A stretch of 64,000 nucleotides of DNA from an uncultured Synechococcus sp. (GCA_964481635.1 CAYZTU010000001.1:149669-213668), one strand, 5' to 3'. Counted from the stretch's first letter, positions 1 to 10,375 are shown. The notes: generated by a model not told the origin, from the sequence alone. Made by a program: numbers and translations.

Positions 1-47
1 ATCAATCCATTTCCCCCCCTGCTAAGGGGGGTTAGGGGGGTGAAAAC

Positions 48-170
48 TATAGCTAAGTAGGGTAAGGTTGTCGCCTCAAGATTCTGGAAAACCAGTGCGG
101 GGGCGGTGCCACTACGACTGCAATTAGCAGAAATTAATAAGAGTTCCCTATCGCTAAACAGGGTAACTTT
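48..170. repeat. MITE-like repeat copy R0 at the 3' flank of cysA. It starts TATAGCTAAG. Its core, gaaaaccagtgcgggggcggtgcc, matches the core of copies R1 and R6.
   Basis: Shared core motif with the other copies in this window. The right boundary is unclear. Confidence 0.4.
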
Positions 171-259
171 GTCCTCACAAAATTCCCTTTAGCCTGCGTG
201 ACGTAGCCAGGTTACGTCACCCTTTACGTCCTTACGCCATACATAAAAATGCCCATCAA

Positions 260-1279
260 TCAAATCGAATAATTCAACGGAAAAGACCGGGCTTCCCGGG
301 GGCGCACATAGACCCGTTGTTGCGGCTGAAGTTCCAATTGTAAAAAGCGTTCCCGATCCACTTGTGCGGTGAGTGCTTGCCCATCATCTAATGTCAATTC
401 CACCCGAATTTCCCGACCTAAATGCAACATCCGATGCACCCGTGCGGGGGTATGCGCCTCATGGGGGTCGGTACTGATGAGAATATCGTGGGGGCGCAGA
501 AAAGCCTGCCCATTCAGCACCGCCATTCCCTGGCGTTGGAGCAAACCCGCATCCCCAGGCAGGACATTCACGGGTCCGACAAAACTCATCACAAACGGGG
601 TCGCCGGATGGTCGTAAACTTCCGCCGGGGTACCCACCTGCTCCACCCGTCCCTTGTGGATCACCACAATCTGGTCGGAGAGTTCCATCGCCTCCTCCTG
701 GTCGTGGGTCACAAATACGGTTGTGACATGCACTTCATCGTGTAACCGGCGTAACCAGGTACGCAATTCCTGCCGTACCCGGGCATCCAACGCCCCAAAG
801 GGTTCATCCAAAAGCAGTACCTGCGGTTCCACTGCCAATGCCCGTGCCAGCGCTACCCGTTGCCGCTGCCCCCCGGAAAGCTGTGCTGGATAACGATTCC
901 CAAAACCCTGCAATTGCACCAATTCCAACAGAGTCTCCACCCGTTGCTTGATCCGCTGGCGGGGCACCTTGCGGACTTCCAAGCCAAACGCCACGTTCTG
1001 CCGCACGGTCATGTGCTTGAACAAGGCGTAATGCTGAAACACAAAACCGATATTCCGGTCTTGCACTTGGCGATGGGTGGCATCTTCCCCGGTAAGCCAG
1101 ACTTTGCCCGTATCCGGGGTTTCCAGGCCAGCAATGAGGCGCAGGAGGGTGGATTTTCCTGAACCCGATGGCCCCAACAACGCCACCAGGGAACCACTGC
1201 CAATTTCCAAACTGACCTCATCCACCGCCTGAAAACTACCAAAGCGTTTGGAAACCCGCTCCACCACAATCCCCATCAT
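260..1279 (-). CDS. cysA: Sulfate/thiosulfate import ABC transporter ATP-binding protein CysA (ABC ATPase with C-terminal TOBE domain).
   Basis: Walker [13 protein letters not shown] signature [15 protein letters not shown], Walker B LLLDEP, and a C-terminal TOBE-like region. Family assignment is from the translated ORF. Confidence 0.85.
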   Translation of the reverse strand: MMGIVVERVSKRFGSFQAVDEVSLEIGSGSLVALLGPSGSGKSTLLRLIAGLETPDTGKVWLTGEDATHRQVQDRNIGFVFQHYALFKHMTVRQNVAFGLEVRKVPRQRIKQRVETLLELVQLQGFGNRYPAQLSGGQRQRVALARALAVEPQVLLLDEPFGALDARVRQELRTWLRRLHDEVHVTTVFVTHDQEEAMELSDQIVVIHKGRVEQVGTPAEVYDHPATPFVMSFVGPVNVLPGDAGLLQRQGMAVLNGQAFLRPHDILISTDPHEAHTPARVHRMLHLGREIRVELTLDDGQALTAQVDRERFLQLELQPQQRVYVRPREARSFPLNYSI

Positions 1280-1301
1280 CAGCCTCCTAAATTACAACCA
1301 A

Positions 1302-1910
1302 CTACACTGACCAATCAGCTTTTGCTTCCTGTTGCCAGACCTGCAACCCCTGTTGGCGCAGGTAGTCCAACCCACTCTGAATTTGCGCTGGCGTTCCCTG
1401 CACGTCCAGGTCAAACCAACCGTCATCCTCGTGGCTGGGGCTGAGCAACCCCCCCCGTAGATTCACCACTAACCCGTGCGCCGACACCAGACCGAAGAGA
1501 ATGGGGACATCGCAGGCCGCCTTGGGAATCCGCACATGGATATGACTGCGCTGCACGCCCGCATCGGTCGCCGTCTGCACCGGCGTAGGCGTAACCACGC
1601 CCACCACCGCCGTCATGGTTGACAGGGAAACTAAATCCCACTGCCGAGCATTCATCACCGCCAAGCAGTCCTCCAAAGCCGCCGGGGCACCGTATAGTTC
1701 CAGGTCAAGCCAAGCTTCTGACTGATTTTGGGGGTCAAACAAAGCCGCCTGGATATTGACCGTCACCCCATACCGGGTAATCAACTGGGATAAAACCGGC
1801 TCCTCCTGTCCCCCTCCCGGCACCCGCACCCGCACTGTCAAGCGATTAATTCCTTCCATTCTGGGCATTTCCTTGCGTTGTGTCAGCTTCATTATCAACC
1901 TCAACGCCAC
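1302..1910 (-). CDS. Tandem NIL-domain protein. NIL is the MetN C-terminal-like ligand-binding domain.
   Basis: Two repeats with VTVNIQAA and VVNLRGG motifs that resemble the NIL-domain N-I-L motif. Gene is co-directional with cysA. Confidence 0.5.
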   Translation of the reverse strand: MALRLIMKLTQRKEMPRMEGINRLTVRVRVPGGGQEEPVLSQLITRYGVTVNIQAALFDPQNQSEAWLDLELYGAPAALEDCLAVMNARQWDLVSLSTMTAVVGVVTPTPVQTATDAGVQRSHIHVRIPKAACDVPILFGLVSAHGLVVNLRGGLLSPSHEDDGWFDLDVQGTPAQIQSGLDYLRQQGLQVWQQEAKADWSV

Positions 1911-2263
1911 ACCAAATACCGCAGACCCAACACCAGCAAAAAACCACCGTAGAGTTTTTTCATCAATTCGCTACTGACGTAGGGTTGGTTGGCAAACACC
2001 GCCCCCAGGCCGTTCCCCAGCAGTAACCCCACCACCATAATCACAGCGTAATTGACCTGCAAATTGCCGCTCCGGTGATAGACCCAAGCCCCCAATAGAC
2101 CAATGGGCAAAACCTGAGCCGCCAAAGACGTACCCGTTGCCACCTTCTGGTCTAAGCCCAGCCACAGCACCAGGGCAGGCACCATGATCGCCCCGCCCCC
2201 GATGCCAAACATCCCCCCGGCCAGACCAGCCACCAGCCCCACGGTCAACAATTGCCCCACCAA
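1901..2263 (-). CDS. TauE/SafE family sulfite exporter-like membrane protein (short, four predicted TM helices).
   Basis: Glycine-rich TM motif GGGAIMVPALVLWLG typical of DUF81/TauE. Overlaps the downstream NIL gene by 10 nt. Confidence 0.6.
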   Translation of the reverse strand: MVGQLLTVGLVAGLAGGMFGIGGGAIMVPALVLWLGLDQKVATGTSLAAQVLPIGLLGAWVYHRSGNLQVNYAVIMVVGLLLGNGLGAVFANQPYVSSELMKKLYGGFLLVLGLRYLVWR

Positions 2264-2507
2264 CCTCGCTACCTCTCATTTCAATGCTACTCATTCTACA
2301 GTAAATTCATCGGATTAGTGTTGATTTTGGATAAATTGCGGCAGATAGTGGTCATCCTATGGGTAGCTCTATTTATTGCAACCAGCAGAAAGCCATCTCG
2401 CTGGAATGCCACTGGCCTGCGTGGGGTAGCCTATTACCATAGAGGTGTTTTTAATCCTCTGGGATTCCCCTTGTACAATCGAATCAGTAATCTTGAAGGA
2501 ATAGACC

Positions 2508-3092
2508 ATGATTGCTATCCACGAAAAACCTGAACTCACCAAAAAGCAATGGACTGATGAAGAGTTTATGAATTTGCCGGATGACGAAAACCGTTACGAA
2601 CTCGTGGATGGAGAATTAATCATTATGAGTGGAGCCGGGGGAAGACATGGGTACTATGTAAGCCTGATTCACATTATTCTAGGCGGATATGTCCGCACTC
2701 AAAAAATTGGCTTTACTTTTGATTCCGACACATCTTTCAAGATGGCATCGGGGAATCGCCGCTCCCCCGATTGTTCATTTTTTTCTAAAGAACGCCTAAA
2801 ATCCCTAGGCGGTATCCCCAAAGGCTACATCGAGGGGTCACCCGACCTAGTAGTAGAAATTCTCTCCCCAGGAAATACGATTGAAGAAATGCACAAAAAA
2901 GTAGTGGAATATTTCCAAAACGGTTCTCGATTGGTTTGGATGATTCACCCCGATGAAGAGTATGTTTTGGTGTATCATCAACCTCAACCCGATCAATTAA
3001 AACGACCAGGAGATTGTTTAGAAGGGGAAGATGTCATTCCTGGATTTTCATTGGATTTATCCGACTTTTTTTCTGAACCAGATTTTAACTAA
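2508..3092 (+). CDS. Uma2 family endonuclease (DUF820).
   Basis: N-terminal YELVDGEL motif and PDLVVEI..S catalytic region typical of cyanobacterial Uma2 proteins. The gene is AT-rich relative to its surroundings. Confidence 0.8.
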   Translation: MIAIHEKPELTKKQWTDEEFMNLPDDENRYELVDGELIIMSGAGGRHGYYVSLIHIILGGYVRTQKIGFTFDSDTSFKMASGNRRSPDCSFFSKERLKSLGGIPKGYIEGSPDLVVEILSPGNTIEEMHKKVVEYFQNGSRLVWMIHPDEEYVLVYHQPQPDQLKRPGDCLEGEDVIPGFSLDLSDFFSEPDFN

Positions 3093-3108
3093 ATTGGTAA
3101 TATAGCAA

Positions 3109-3222
3109 TCCTATCCGATTTGCAAACAAAAATTCAGAAGAACCATACACCGCAGGTGCTTCTCTGACGGGGGCTGCGCCCCTGCGACCGCCGTTCTAAA
3201 TTCACTTAGGATTGCTATATGG
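3109..3222. repeat. MITE-like repeat copy R1. TIR is TATAGCAATCC ... GGATTGCTATA, with an internal GGGGGC-TGC-GCCCC hairpin.
   Basis: Terminal inverted repeats are visible in the sequence. The right TIR supplies the TAG stop of the histidine kinase gene (CTA at 3215-3217 on the plus strand). Confidence 0.7.
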
Positions 3223-6200
3223 GTAAACGCACTCGAAATTCAGTCGAATTATTCCCACTGGTCAAATGAATCTGTCCCTGCAATCGTTCTACTAACTTTT
3301 TCACCAAAGCCAAGCCCAAACCCGTCCCCCCGTGTTGCCAAGGGTCATGGGTTGGAATACGGTAAAAGTTATCAAAAACCCGCTCCTGTTCCTCTAGGGG
3401 AATCTCAACCCCCGTATTGATCACGCAAAAATTACAGTAATTCCCCGTTTCCCATTCAATCGCCAGGGTAATGTTTTCTTGAGCAGGAGTATATTTACAG
3501 GCATTGTGCAAAAGTTCTTGCAGGATACGTTCGAGGGAGTTGGCATGGGTTTGTAGGGGATAAAGCTGATCAGGAAGTTGTAGATGGAAATGTTGATTTT
3601 GAGATTGGGTACGCTCTTGAATCGGAGGTAAAAGATGATCTAAAATTTGTTCAATATCCACGGGTTCTAATTCTAAATCCACTTGTTCCGCATTCAAACG
3701 GGCGAGGTCGAGCAGGTCATTGATGAGTTCGGTTTCTCGTGTAGTTGCACTTTTGAGGATGTCGAGGTAGCGTTCAATGCCCAATTCTGGACTGTCTAAA
3801 ACCCCCGCTCTTTGCAACCGCAACTCTAACATTTTTATCGCCATGCCAATGTTGTGCATGGGGGAACGCAATTCATGGGAAACGGTACTAAGAAATTCAT
3901 CCTTGAGTTGATTCAACTTTTGCAATTCGACGACCTGAACTTGCGCCGCTTTATACAATTCTGCCTGACGCAGAGCAATCGCCAAATGCAACCCCACGTG
4001 TTGTAAAATTTCTATTTCATTGGTTTGCCAAATGCGAGGACTATCATTTTGATAAGCCGCTAACAGACCCCATAATTTCTGTTCCAAAAAAATGGGAATA
4101 GTAACTTGGGCACGGGCTTGAAATCGCTCTAATAACTCGATATGACAAGGGGTAAATCCTGATTTATAGATATCATTGCTGACCAGAATATAATGCTGAT
4201 GGAAGCGACCGCCTTGGGTTTCCTGTAGGCAATGGTCGGATAGGGTAGTCAAAGCTCCCGTGACCACGGGCACCCAACCCGCTGCCACCGATTCGGCCAG
4301 AAAATACCCTGTCCAATCATCATTAAATTGATAAACCACCACCCGGTCACAGGCCAGGGTGCTGCGGGTTTCATCGAGGACAATACCCAGCGTTTTTTCA
4401 ATATCTAAAGATTCATGGATGGTTTCAATAATCACCCGCAATAACCCTTCTGATTGGGCTTGCTGTTGCAACTGAACTGTCCGCTCTTGGATACGTTGCG
4501 CCAATTCTTGATTGAATCGCTGTAAGCGCAATTCGGCTTCTTTTTCAGGAGTTATATCCGTAAACACTGAATCCCATATGGTACTACCATCGGGTTGCCG
4601 CTCCGGTTGTCCTCGCCCCCGCAACCATTTGTGTTGACCTTGGGGGGTAATGATCCGCCATTCCGCTTGCCAAGTGGTTAAATGTTGGCGAGATTCTTCT
4701 GACAATCTGAGGATATGAGGCAAATCTTCGGGAACCGTCAAATCCCACATCATTTGAACATTTTGCCTCGCCTGTTCTGGCGGCACACCATACAATGCTT
4801 CACACCCCGCACTTACATAAAGCAGAGCCTCCCGCCCGTCCGGCCACAACTGATACCGCCACACCGTTACGGGTAAATTGGTCACCAGATTGTCTAAAAA
4901 TTTCTGGCTTTCTGCGAGTGCCAATTCCGTTGCCTTTAACTCAGTAATATCCGTTGCCACCCCCAACATTTGATTGGGAAGCCCTTGGGCATTGCGGCTC
5001 AGAACCCGATCTCGACTAAAGAGCCACCGCCATTCCCCGGATTTCGTCCGCATCCGATATTCAATTTGTATTCCTCCCGCTTGTATTTCTCCCGCAAAAC
5101 TCGGCTCAAATAGATGCGCTAAATTTGCTTCTATTTTTGGCAAGTCCTCCGGGTGAATTAGATTAGGGAATAGTTGGCTACCCATCGCTTGAATTTCCGC
5201 CACTGAATAACCCAAGACCGACTCGATCTCAGGATTGACAAAAACATTGCGATTCTCTTCCAAGTCATAGACATAGATAATCGATTGAGTGGCAGTAACA
5301 ATCCGATGCAAAAATTCCTGTTGCTTTTCTAATTCTGCTTGAGCAGTTTTTATTTCAGTAATATCCAAAACAATCCCATCCCAAAATGGTTCATTTTGAT
5401 GCTGGCGCATCTGAGAACGTCCCTCTAGCCACTTCAATTTCCCCGACGGCGTAGTGATCCGCCATTGACAATGCCAAGGGGCGGATTGGACAATAGCTGT
5501 CTGAATCGAAGTGAGTAATAAATCCAAATCCTCCGGGTGGGTAAATTTCATCCAGATAGCAGTGACATCGGCCATAATTTCTGGGACGGTCAATTCAAAT
5601 ATGTCTTCAGCACAATCACTCAAATAACTAAAGCGATGGGGGTGTTCTGCCGTTGCAGGATGATAGCGATAGACCATCCCCGGCATATTTTCCAGTAAGG
5701 TCAAAAATTGCTCTCGACTTTCTTGGAGTTCCTGTTTCAATTTTACTTTTTTGGTAATATCTACAGATATGCAGATAAAACCCACCACATCGCCGGTGTG
5801 ATTGCGTAGCACCAGCGCATTGTCCCGGATCCAAACCATAGAACCATCCCGGCGTTGCAGGCGATATTCTTCCGCATATTCATGGGGCGGTGTGTGAACA
5901 GCCTGTTCCCAAGCGTGGATCACCCTATAGCGGTCATCGGGATCAATGACATCCACCCAACCCTGCCCCAACATCTCCTGCGCTGACATTTGACATAGCT
6001 GCTGTGTGAGATATTCATTCACATAAATACAACATCCTGCGGCATCAGTTAATGCCACACCAACGGGTAAAGCGTTCAACAAAAAATGGTAAGGTTCATC
6101 TTCCGTAATAGGCAGGGGAAAATGATTGGAAGTATGACTAAAATTATGATTTAACGTATGATTTTCTCCCCACCCCGTCGCTGGAATGATTAAACCCAAA

Positions 6201-6550
6201 TGCGCTGTGAATAACTCCCACTCTGGCTCAATTTCTGGATTTACATTCCCTCGCCAATAACTCACCAACCAGCCCCACCCTTGCCGCCGCACCATGATGG
6301 GAAATAACCAGGCTTCCCCACTTTCACTTTGAATTTTTTCAGCTTGCCAAGTGTCGGGTAGCTGTTCATGCCCAACTGTTTCGCCAACCGCTAACACCAT
6401 CTGCTGACCCTGGTAGAGCGAGACTTGGTGTACGTTATACTTTCTTTGTAATTGCATCAGCGCAGATTGGATAACCTGATCTACCGCCCCTCCCGCCTGG
6501 ATTTGGAGCGTCATTTGGCTACACAATTCGACTACCGATGTCCTTTTCAA
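3215..6550 (-). CDS. Multi-sensor signal-transduction histidine kinase with several PAS/PAC domains, a GAF domain, HisKA and HATPase_c.
   Basis: H-box LSTVSHELRSPMHNI. G-boxes GTGLGLALVKKL. Repeated PAS-like blocks of the form WIRD.. /ITE.K.AQ. Confidence 0.85.
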   Translation of the reverse strand: MKRTSVVELCSQMTLQIQAGGAVDQVIQSALMQLQRKYNVHQVSLYQGQQMVLAVGETVGHEQLPDTWQAEKIQSESGEAWLFPIMVRRQGWGWLVSYWRGNVNPEIEPEWELFTAHLGLIIPATGWGENHTLNHNFSHTSNHFPLPITEDEPYHFLLNALPVGVALTDAAGCCIYVNEYLTQQLCQMSAQEMLGQGWVDVIDPDDRYRVIHAWEQAVHTPPHEYAEEYRLQRRDGSMVWIRDNALVLRNHTGDVVGFICISVDITKKVKLKQELQESREQFLTLLENMPGMVYRYHPATAEHPHRFSYLSDCAEDIFELTVPEIMADVTAIWMKFTHPEDLDLLLTSIQTAIVQSAPWHCQWRITTPSGKLKWLEGRSQMRQHQNEPFWDGIVLDITEIKTAQAELEKQQEFLHRIVTATQSIIYVYDLEENRNVFVNPEIESVLGYSVAEIQAMGSQLFPNLIHPEDLPKIEANLAHLFEPSFAGEIQAGGIQIEYRMRTKSGEWRWLFSRDRVLSRNAQGLPNQMLGVATDITELKATELALAESQKFLDNLVTNLPVTVWRYQLWPDGREALLYVSAGCEALYGVPPEQARQNVQMMWDLTVPEDLPHILRLSEESRQHLTTWQAEWRIITPQGQHKWLRGRGQPERQPDGSTIWDSVFTDITPEKEAELRLQRFNQELAQRIQERTVQLQQQAQSEGLLRVIIETIHESLDIEKTLGIVLDETRSTLACDRVVVYQFNDDWTGYFLAESVAAGWVPVVTGALTTLSDHCLQETQGGRFHQHYILVSNDIYKSGFTPCHIELLERFQARAQVTIPIFLEQKLWGLLAAYQNDSPRIWQTNEIEILQHVGLHLAIALRQAELYKAAQVQVVELQKLNQLKDEFLSTVSHELRSPMHNIGMAIKMLELRLQRAGVLDSPELGIERYLDILKSATTRETELINDLLDLARLNAEQVDLELEPVDIEQILDHLLPPIQERTQSQNQHFHLQLPDQLYPLQTHANSLERILQELLHNACKYTPAQENITLAIEWETGNYCNFCVINTGVEIPLEEQERVFDNFYRIPTHDPWQHGGTGLGLALVKKLVERLQGQIHLTSGNNSTEFRVRLPI

Positions 6551-6689
6551 TTTCCGAAGCCCCTATGCAATAAAATGTTACTATTTTCCAACTTCCAATG
6601 ATAAGGTAGACTTAGAAGGGAAGCCGATTTTTTTACACTCTGCAATAATTAGGCCACCGGCGTAGCTGTGAGCTAGACAACTTGTGCTT

Positions 6690-6735
6690 TTCTTAGAACG
6701 GGCGGTCGGCAATCCTTAGAGATTGCCATATAAAA
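6690..6735. repeat. Degenerate, internally deleted MITE-like fragment R2 (cttagaacgggcggtcggcaatcc ... gattgccatata).
   Basis: Partial match to the core and right TIR of the repeat family. Confidence 0.35.
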
Positions 6736-6766
6736 TCAGAGGTCAAACGATCAGGTAGATAGAATA

Positions 6767-7336
6767 ATGATTACCCAAATCCAAACCGGCTCCCATACCC
6801 TAGAGGAATATCTAGCCCTAGAAATTGCATCAGAAACCCGCCACGAATACATTCATGGAGCAATAATCCCCATGACTGGAGGAATGCCCAATCACAACCG
6901 CCTCATCCGTAATTTTTGCACGCTACTAACCGTTCAACTTCCTAAAGATTGTGAAGTATTTGTTAGCGATCAACGGCTTTGGATACCAACTCATCAGATA
7001 TATACTTACCCTGATGTCATGGTCATTAGAGGTGATCTCGTCCTGCAAGAAGGGCGAAAAGATACAATCACTAATCCGGTGCTGATTGTAGAAGTGTTGT
7101 CGGAATCCACTGCCTACTATGATCGTGGTCAAAAATTTACTTACTATCGCTCCATCCCTTCATTTCAAGAATATCTACTTGTAGATCAGTACACCTATTC
7201 CGTACAACACTATCAAAAAATTTCTGACACAAAATGGGAGTTTGAAGAATTTAACAACCTAGAGGAAGAAATTGAATTTACCAGTATTCCTTGCAGGATT
7301 TCACTTATGGATACCTACGAAAAAGTAGAGTTATAG
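6767..7336 (+). CDS. Uma2 family endonuclease (DUF820), second paralog.
   Basis: EYIHGAII, PDVMVI and LIVEVLSEST motifs. AT-rich. The stop TAG lies inside the TTATAG start of the next MITE copy. Confidence 0.8.
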   Translation: MITQIQTGSHTLEEYLALEIASETRHEYIHGAIIPMTGGMPNHNRLIRNFCTLLTVQLPKDCEVFVSDQRLWIPTHQIYTYPDVMVIRGDLVLQEGRKDTITNPVLIVEVLSESTAYYDRGQKFTYYRSIPSFQEYLLVDQYTYSVQHYQKISDTKWEFEEFNNLEEEIEFTSIPCRISLMDTYEKVEL

Positions 7337-7462
7337 CTAAACACGCAATATATGATTGTGAGAATCTCTATGAATTTAGTAACAGCAAGCGGTCGCAGGG
7401 GGGCACCCCCCGTCACTGGTTCTCCAGAATCTTTGTTCGCAAATCGAATCGTATTGCTATAT
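7333..7462. repeat. MITE-like repeat copy R3a (TTATAGCTAAAC ... GCGGTCGCAGGGGGGCACCCCCC ... GTATTGCTATAT).
   Basis: Core hairpin and right TIR. Sits in tandem with copy R3b. Confidence 0.6.
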
Positions 7463-7494
7463 TGTCAAAATTGTCAAGAATTTCTATAGCAATC

Positions 7495-7606
7495 CTAGAT
7501 GAATTTAGAACAGCGGTCGCAGGGGCGCAGCCCCCGTCTTTGGTTCTATAGCTATGCCACGCAAGCTATCAGAATCTTTGTTCGGCAATCAGATAGTATT
7601 GCTATA
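7495..7606. repeat. MITE-like repeat copy R3b (TATAGCAATCC ... GCGGTCGCAGGGGCGCAGCCCCCGTC ... GTATTGCTATAG).
   Basis: Full TIRs plus the core. Contains the cacgcaagctatc sub-motif shared with copies R4 and R7. Confidence 0.7.
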
Positions 7607-7680
7607 GTACTTTTGAGCTTAGCTGTTCATTACCCTGAAAATACCAAATAAAAGCATAGTATCTAGCAGAATATTCACGC

Positions 7681-7914
7681 TTACATATACTCCTTCAAAT
7701 CCTCAAGCGGTTCATCAAAATTTTCGGCCATCCAAATCTTATCTTTCAGGATTCCAAACCCGCATCGCTTTTTCTTTTGCTGTACTGTATCTATTTGTTC
7801 TGGTTCCACTCCAGAATAGGTCTCAAGTAGATGATGGGCATAATCAAGAAGCTTATTTTTCAGTGATTCTGGCAGGTGAGAAACTGTTTCTAAAATCTCT
7901 GTTTCAACAGTCAT
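7681..7914 (-). CDS. DUF2281-like small protein (putative orphan type II antitoxin).
   Basis: The KLLDYAHHLL motif is typical of DUF2281. No cognate PIN-domain toxin ORF is adjacent, and MITE copies lie on both sides. Confidence 0.5.
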   Translation of the reverse strand: MTVETEILETVSHLPESLKNKLLDYAHHLLETYSGVEPEQIDTVQQKKKRCGFGILKDKIWMAENFDEPLEDLKEYM

Positions 7915-8007
7915 TGTTATTTACCTTTCTAGTTTTGGTGCCGCTTTTACTGTTACCAGTATAACATCTATAACATCATGTAATTATAGATCACCTCTAT
8001 TAATTCA

Positions 8008-8119
8008 TATTAATTCAGGAATGGCGGTCGCAGGGGCGCTACACGCAGTGTGCCGGAGGCATTCCCCCGTCCTTAGTTCATGGCTACGTCACGCAAGCTA
8101 TCGGTAATATAAGCATTCC
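8008..8119. repeat. MITE-like repeat copy R4 (variant ends GGAATG ... CATTCC; core GCGGTCGCAGGGGCGC).
   Basis: Core motif plus the cacgcaagctatc sub-motif. Confidence 0.55.
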
Positions 8120-8257
8120 AACGAGATAATTTTCTACTGGTTCCAATAATATAGAGATGCTCTAGAGGTGTCCCACGGATGGGGTCTTTTTGACAATTTT
8201 TTGACAAAATTAATGGGAATTTGTTAGCTTAAGTAAAATTTACCTAACGCTCACGGA

Positions 8258-9460
8258 ATGTCAATCATGGAGGCACATATCCCAATCGGGCGGGGCAAGC
8301 GGGCACGGCGAGCCTACGGCATTGATGAGATTGCCCTTGTTCCCGGTTCAGGTACCCTTGACCCCGCATTGGCGGATACCACTTGGTCACTGGGCGGGAT
8401 TGTCCCAGGTAACCCGCCCGCTATCGTCCGTGAGATACCCATTATTGCCAGTGCCATGGATGGGGTAGTAGATGGGGCAGTAGCGGTAACCCTAACGGAG
8501 TTGGGGGCGTTGGGGGTCTTGAATCTGGAGGGTTTGCAAACCCGTTATGAAGACCCAACCCCAATTTTGGAGCGGATTACCCAGGTGGGCAATGAGGAAT
8601 TTGTCGGACTGATGCAAAAACTCTACCAAGAGCCAATTAAGCCGGAGTTGGTCACGGTGCGGATTCAGGAAATCAAGCAACGGGGGGGCATTGCGGCGGT
8701 CAGCACTACGCCGGGGCGGGCGACGACCTTGGCACCCTTGGCGGCGGCGGCGGGGGCGGATTTGTTTTTTGTCCAGGCCACGGTGGTTTCGACGGCACAT
8801 TTGGCCGTTGCGGGGGTGGAATCCCTGGATTTACATCGGTTTTGCCACGAATTACCCATCCCGGTGGTGCTGGGAAACTGTGTTACCTACGGGGTGGCTC
8901 TCAACTTGATGAAAGCGGGTGCCGCCGCTATTTTGGTGGGCATTGGCCCAGGGGCGGCCTGTACCTCCCGGGGCGTGTTGGGGGTGGGGGTGCCCCAAGC
9001 GACAGCAGTAGCGGATTGTGCCGCCGCCCGGGAGGACTACCAGGCGGAAACCGGTCGCTATGTGCCCGTGATTGCCGACGGGGGGCTGGTCACCGGCGGA
9101 GACATCTGTAAAGCGATTGCCTGTGGTGCCGATGGGGTGATGATCGGTTCCCCCTTGGCACGGGCGCAGGAAGCTCCTGGCCGGGGCTACCACTGGGGCA
9201 TGGCGACCCCCAGCCCGGTACTACCGCGGGGCACCCGGATTCGGGTGGGCACGACCGGCACCCTGGCGCAAATTCTCCGGGGGCCAGCCCTCCTGGATGA
9301 CGGCACCCACAACCTGCTGGGGGCGTTGAAAAACAGCATGGCGACCGTGGGTGCTAAAAATCTGCGGGAAATGCAACAAACCGAGGTGGTTATTGCCCCT
9401 TCTTTATTGACGGAAGGTAAGGTTTACCAACGGGCGCAGAAACTAGGCATGGGTAAATAG
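8258..9460 (+). CDS. IMP dehydrogenase family protein lacking CBS domains (GuaB3-type).
   Basis: Active-site loop [11 protein letters not shown] with the catalytic Cys. IADGGL motif. No CBS insertion. Confidence 0.8.
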   Translation: MSIMEAHIPIGRGKRARRAYGIDEIALVPGSGTLDPALADTTWSLGGIVPGNPPAIVREIPIIASAMDGVVDGAVAVTLTELGALGVLNLEGLQTRYEDPTPILERITQVGNEEFVGLMQKLYQEPIKPELVTVRIQEIKQRGGIAAVSTTPGRATTLAPLAAAAGADLFFVQATVVSTAHLAVAGVESLDLHRFCHELPIPVVLGNCVTYGVALNLMKAGAAAILVGIGPGAACTSRGVLGVGVPQATAVADCAAAREDYQAETGRYVPVIADGGLVTGGDICKAIACGADGVMIGSPLARAQEAPGRGYHWGMATPSPVLPRGTRIRVGTTGTLAQILRGPALLDDGTHNLLGALKNSMATVGAKNLREMQQTEVVIAPSLLTEGKVYQRAQKLGMGK

Positions 9461-9661
9461 TTTAGATAGTTTCAGACAAAAATCAGTACAATATCCTGTT
9501 AAACACACCCTAAACCTGTGGCTTCAATGTACTAGAACAACCCCCCTGGTGCCAATTCTTAAGAAATACAGACAAAGGGCTGGCCTTGTCTCAGGAAATT
9601 TGTTTATAATAGCAGAGTGCGGAGACGCAAGTTTCCGTTCACTCCTCACACCACACTCTGG

Positions 9662-9688
9662 CCTAAGCTGGTGCTTAGGTCTTTTTTT
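9662..9688 (+). terminator. Putative rho-independent terminator hairpin (CCTAAGC-TGGT-GCTTAGG followed by TCTTTTTTT).
   Basis: 7-bp perfect stem followed by a T-run. Located in the 327-bp intergenic region between the IMPDH-family gene and trxA. Confidence 0.4.
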
Positions 9689-9786
9689 GGGCATTTTTTG
9701 CAGACAGGTGGGGCTGGTGATGGCGAAAAGCCCAAATTTTTTGTGGTAAAATTAGGTTTGCTGATTTCGAATCATTCAGAGGATGG

Positions 9787-10122
9787 ATGCTTATGTCAGA
9801 TGCAGCCCCAGTCACGGATGCAACCTTTGAGCAAGAGGTAATTCACAGCCCGATTCCGGTGCTGGTTGACTTTTGGGCACCCTGGTGCGGGCCGTGTCGC
9901 ATGGTAGCTCCGGTGGTGGATGAGGTGGCGAAGGAGTTTGAAGGCCGGGTCAAAGTGGTCAAACTCAACACGGACGACAATCCCAAAATCGCCAATGAGT
10001 ACGGCATTCGGAGTATTCCCACCCTGATGATTTTCAAAGGCGGTCAGAAGGTGGACGTGGTGATGGGCGCAGTCCCGAAAACCACCCTGGTCAAAGCGTT
10101 ACAACAGCAATTATCCGCATAA
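9787..10122 (+). CDS. trxA: Thioredoxin.
   Basis: WCGPC active site. Typical size of about 110 aa. Confidence 0.95.
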   Translation: MLMSDAAPVTDATFEQEVIHSPIPVLVDFWAPWCGPCRMVAPVVDEVAKEFEGRVKVVKLNTDDNPKIANEYGIRSIPTLMIFKGGQKVDVVMGAVPKTTLVKALQQQLSA

Positions 10123-10138
10123 GGAGCATCATTAAATC

Positions 10139-10375
10139 ATGGCACGGCGTTGTCAATTAACCGGAAAGCGGGCGAATAATGCCTTTTCGGTCTCCCACTC
10201 CCACCGGCGTACCAAGCGTCTCCAGGAAGTGAATTTGCAATGGAAGCGGGTCTGGTGGCCGGAGGGACAGCGCTGGGTGCGACTGCGGCTTTCCACCCAG
10301 GCAATTCGCACCTTGCAACGGCGGGGTTTGCAGGCTATGGCGCAGGCGGCGGGGATTGACCTCAACCAAGTGTGA
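10139..10375 (+). CDS. rpmB: 50S ribosomal protein L28.
   Basis: [23 protein letters not shown] matches the conserved L28 N-terminus. Confidence 0.9.
   Translation: MARRCQLTGKRANNAFSVSHSHRRTKRLQEVNLQWKRVWWPEGQRWVRLRLSTQAIRTLQRRGLQAMAQAAGIDLNQV

Noticed and set aside
8183-8240. Tandem TTGACA hexamers and a TAAAAT upstream of the IMPDH-family gene, considered as a sigma-70-like promoter.
   Set aside because: It is plausible, but the spacing between the -35 and -10 candidates is ambiguous. It is also embedded next to a MITE copy. It cannot be supported without transcript data.
8492-9193. Arg/Pro/Gly-rich ORFs overlapping the IMPDH-family gene on both strands.
   Set aside because: They are alternative-frame artefacts in GC-rich sequence, and none shows a recognisable motif.
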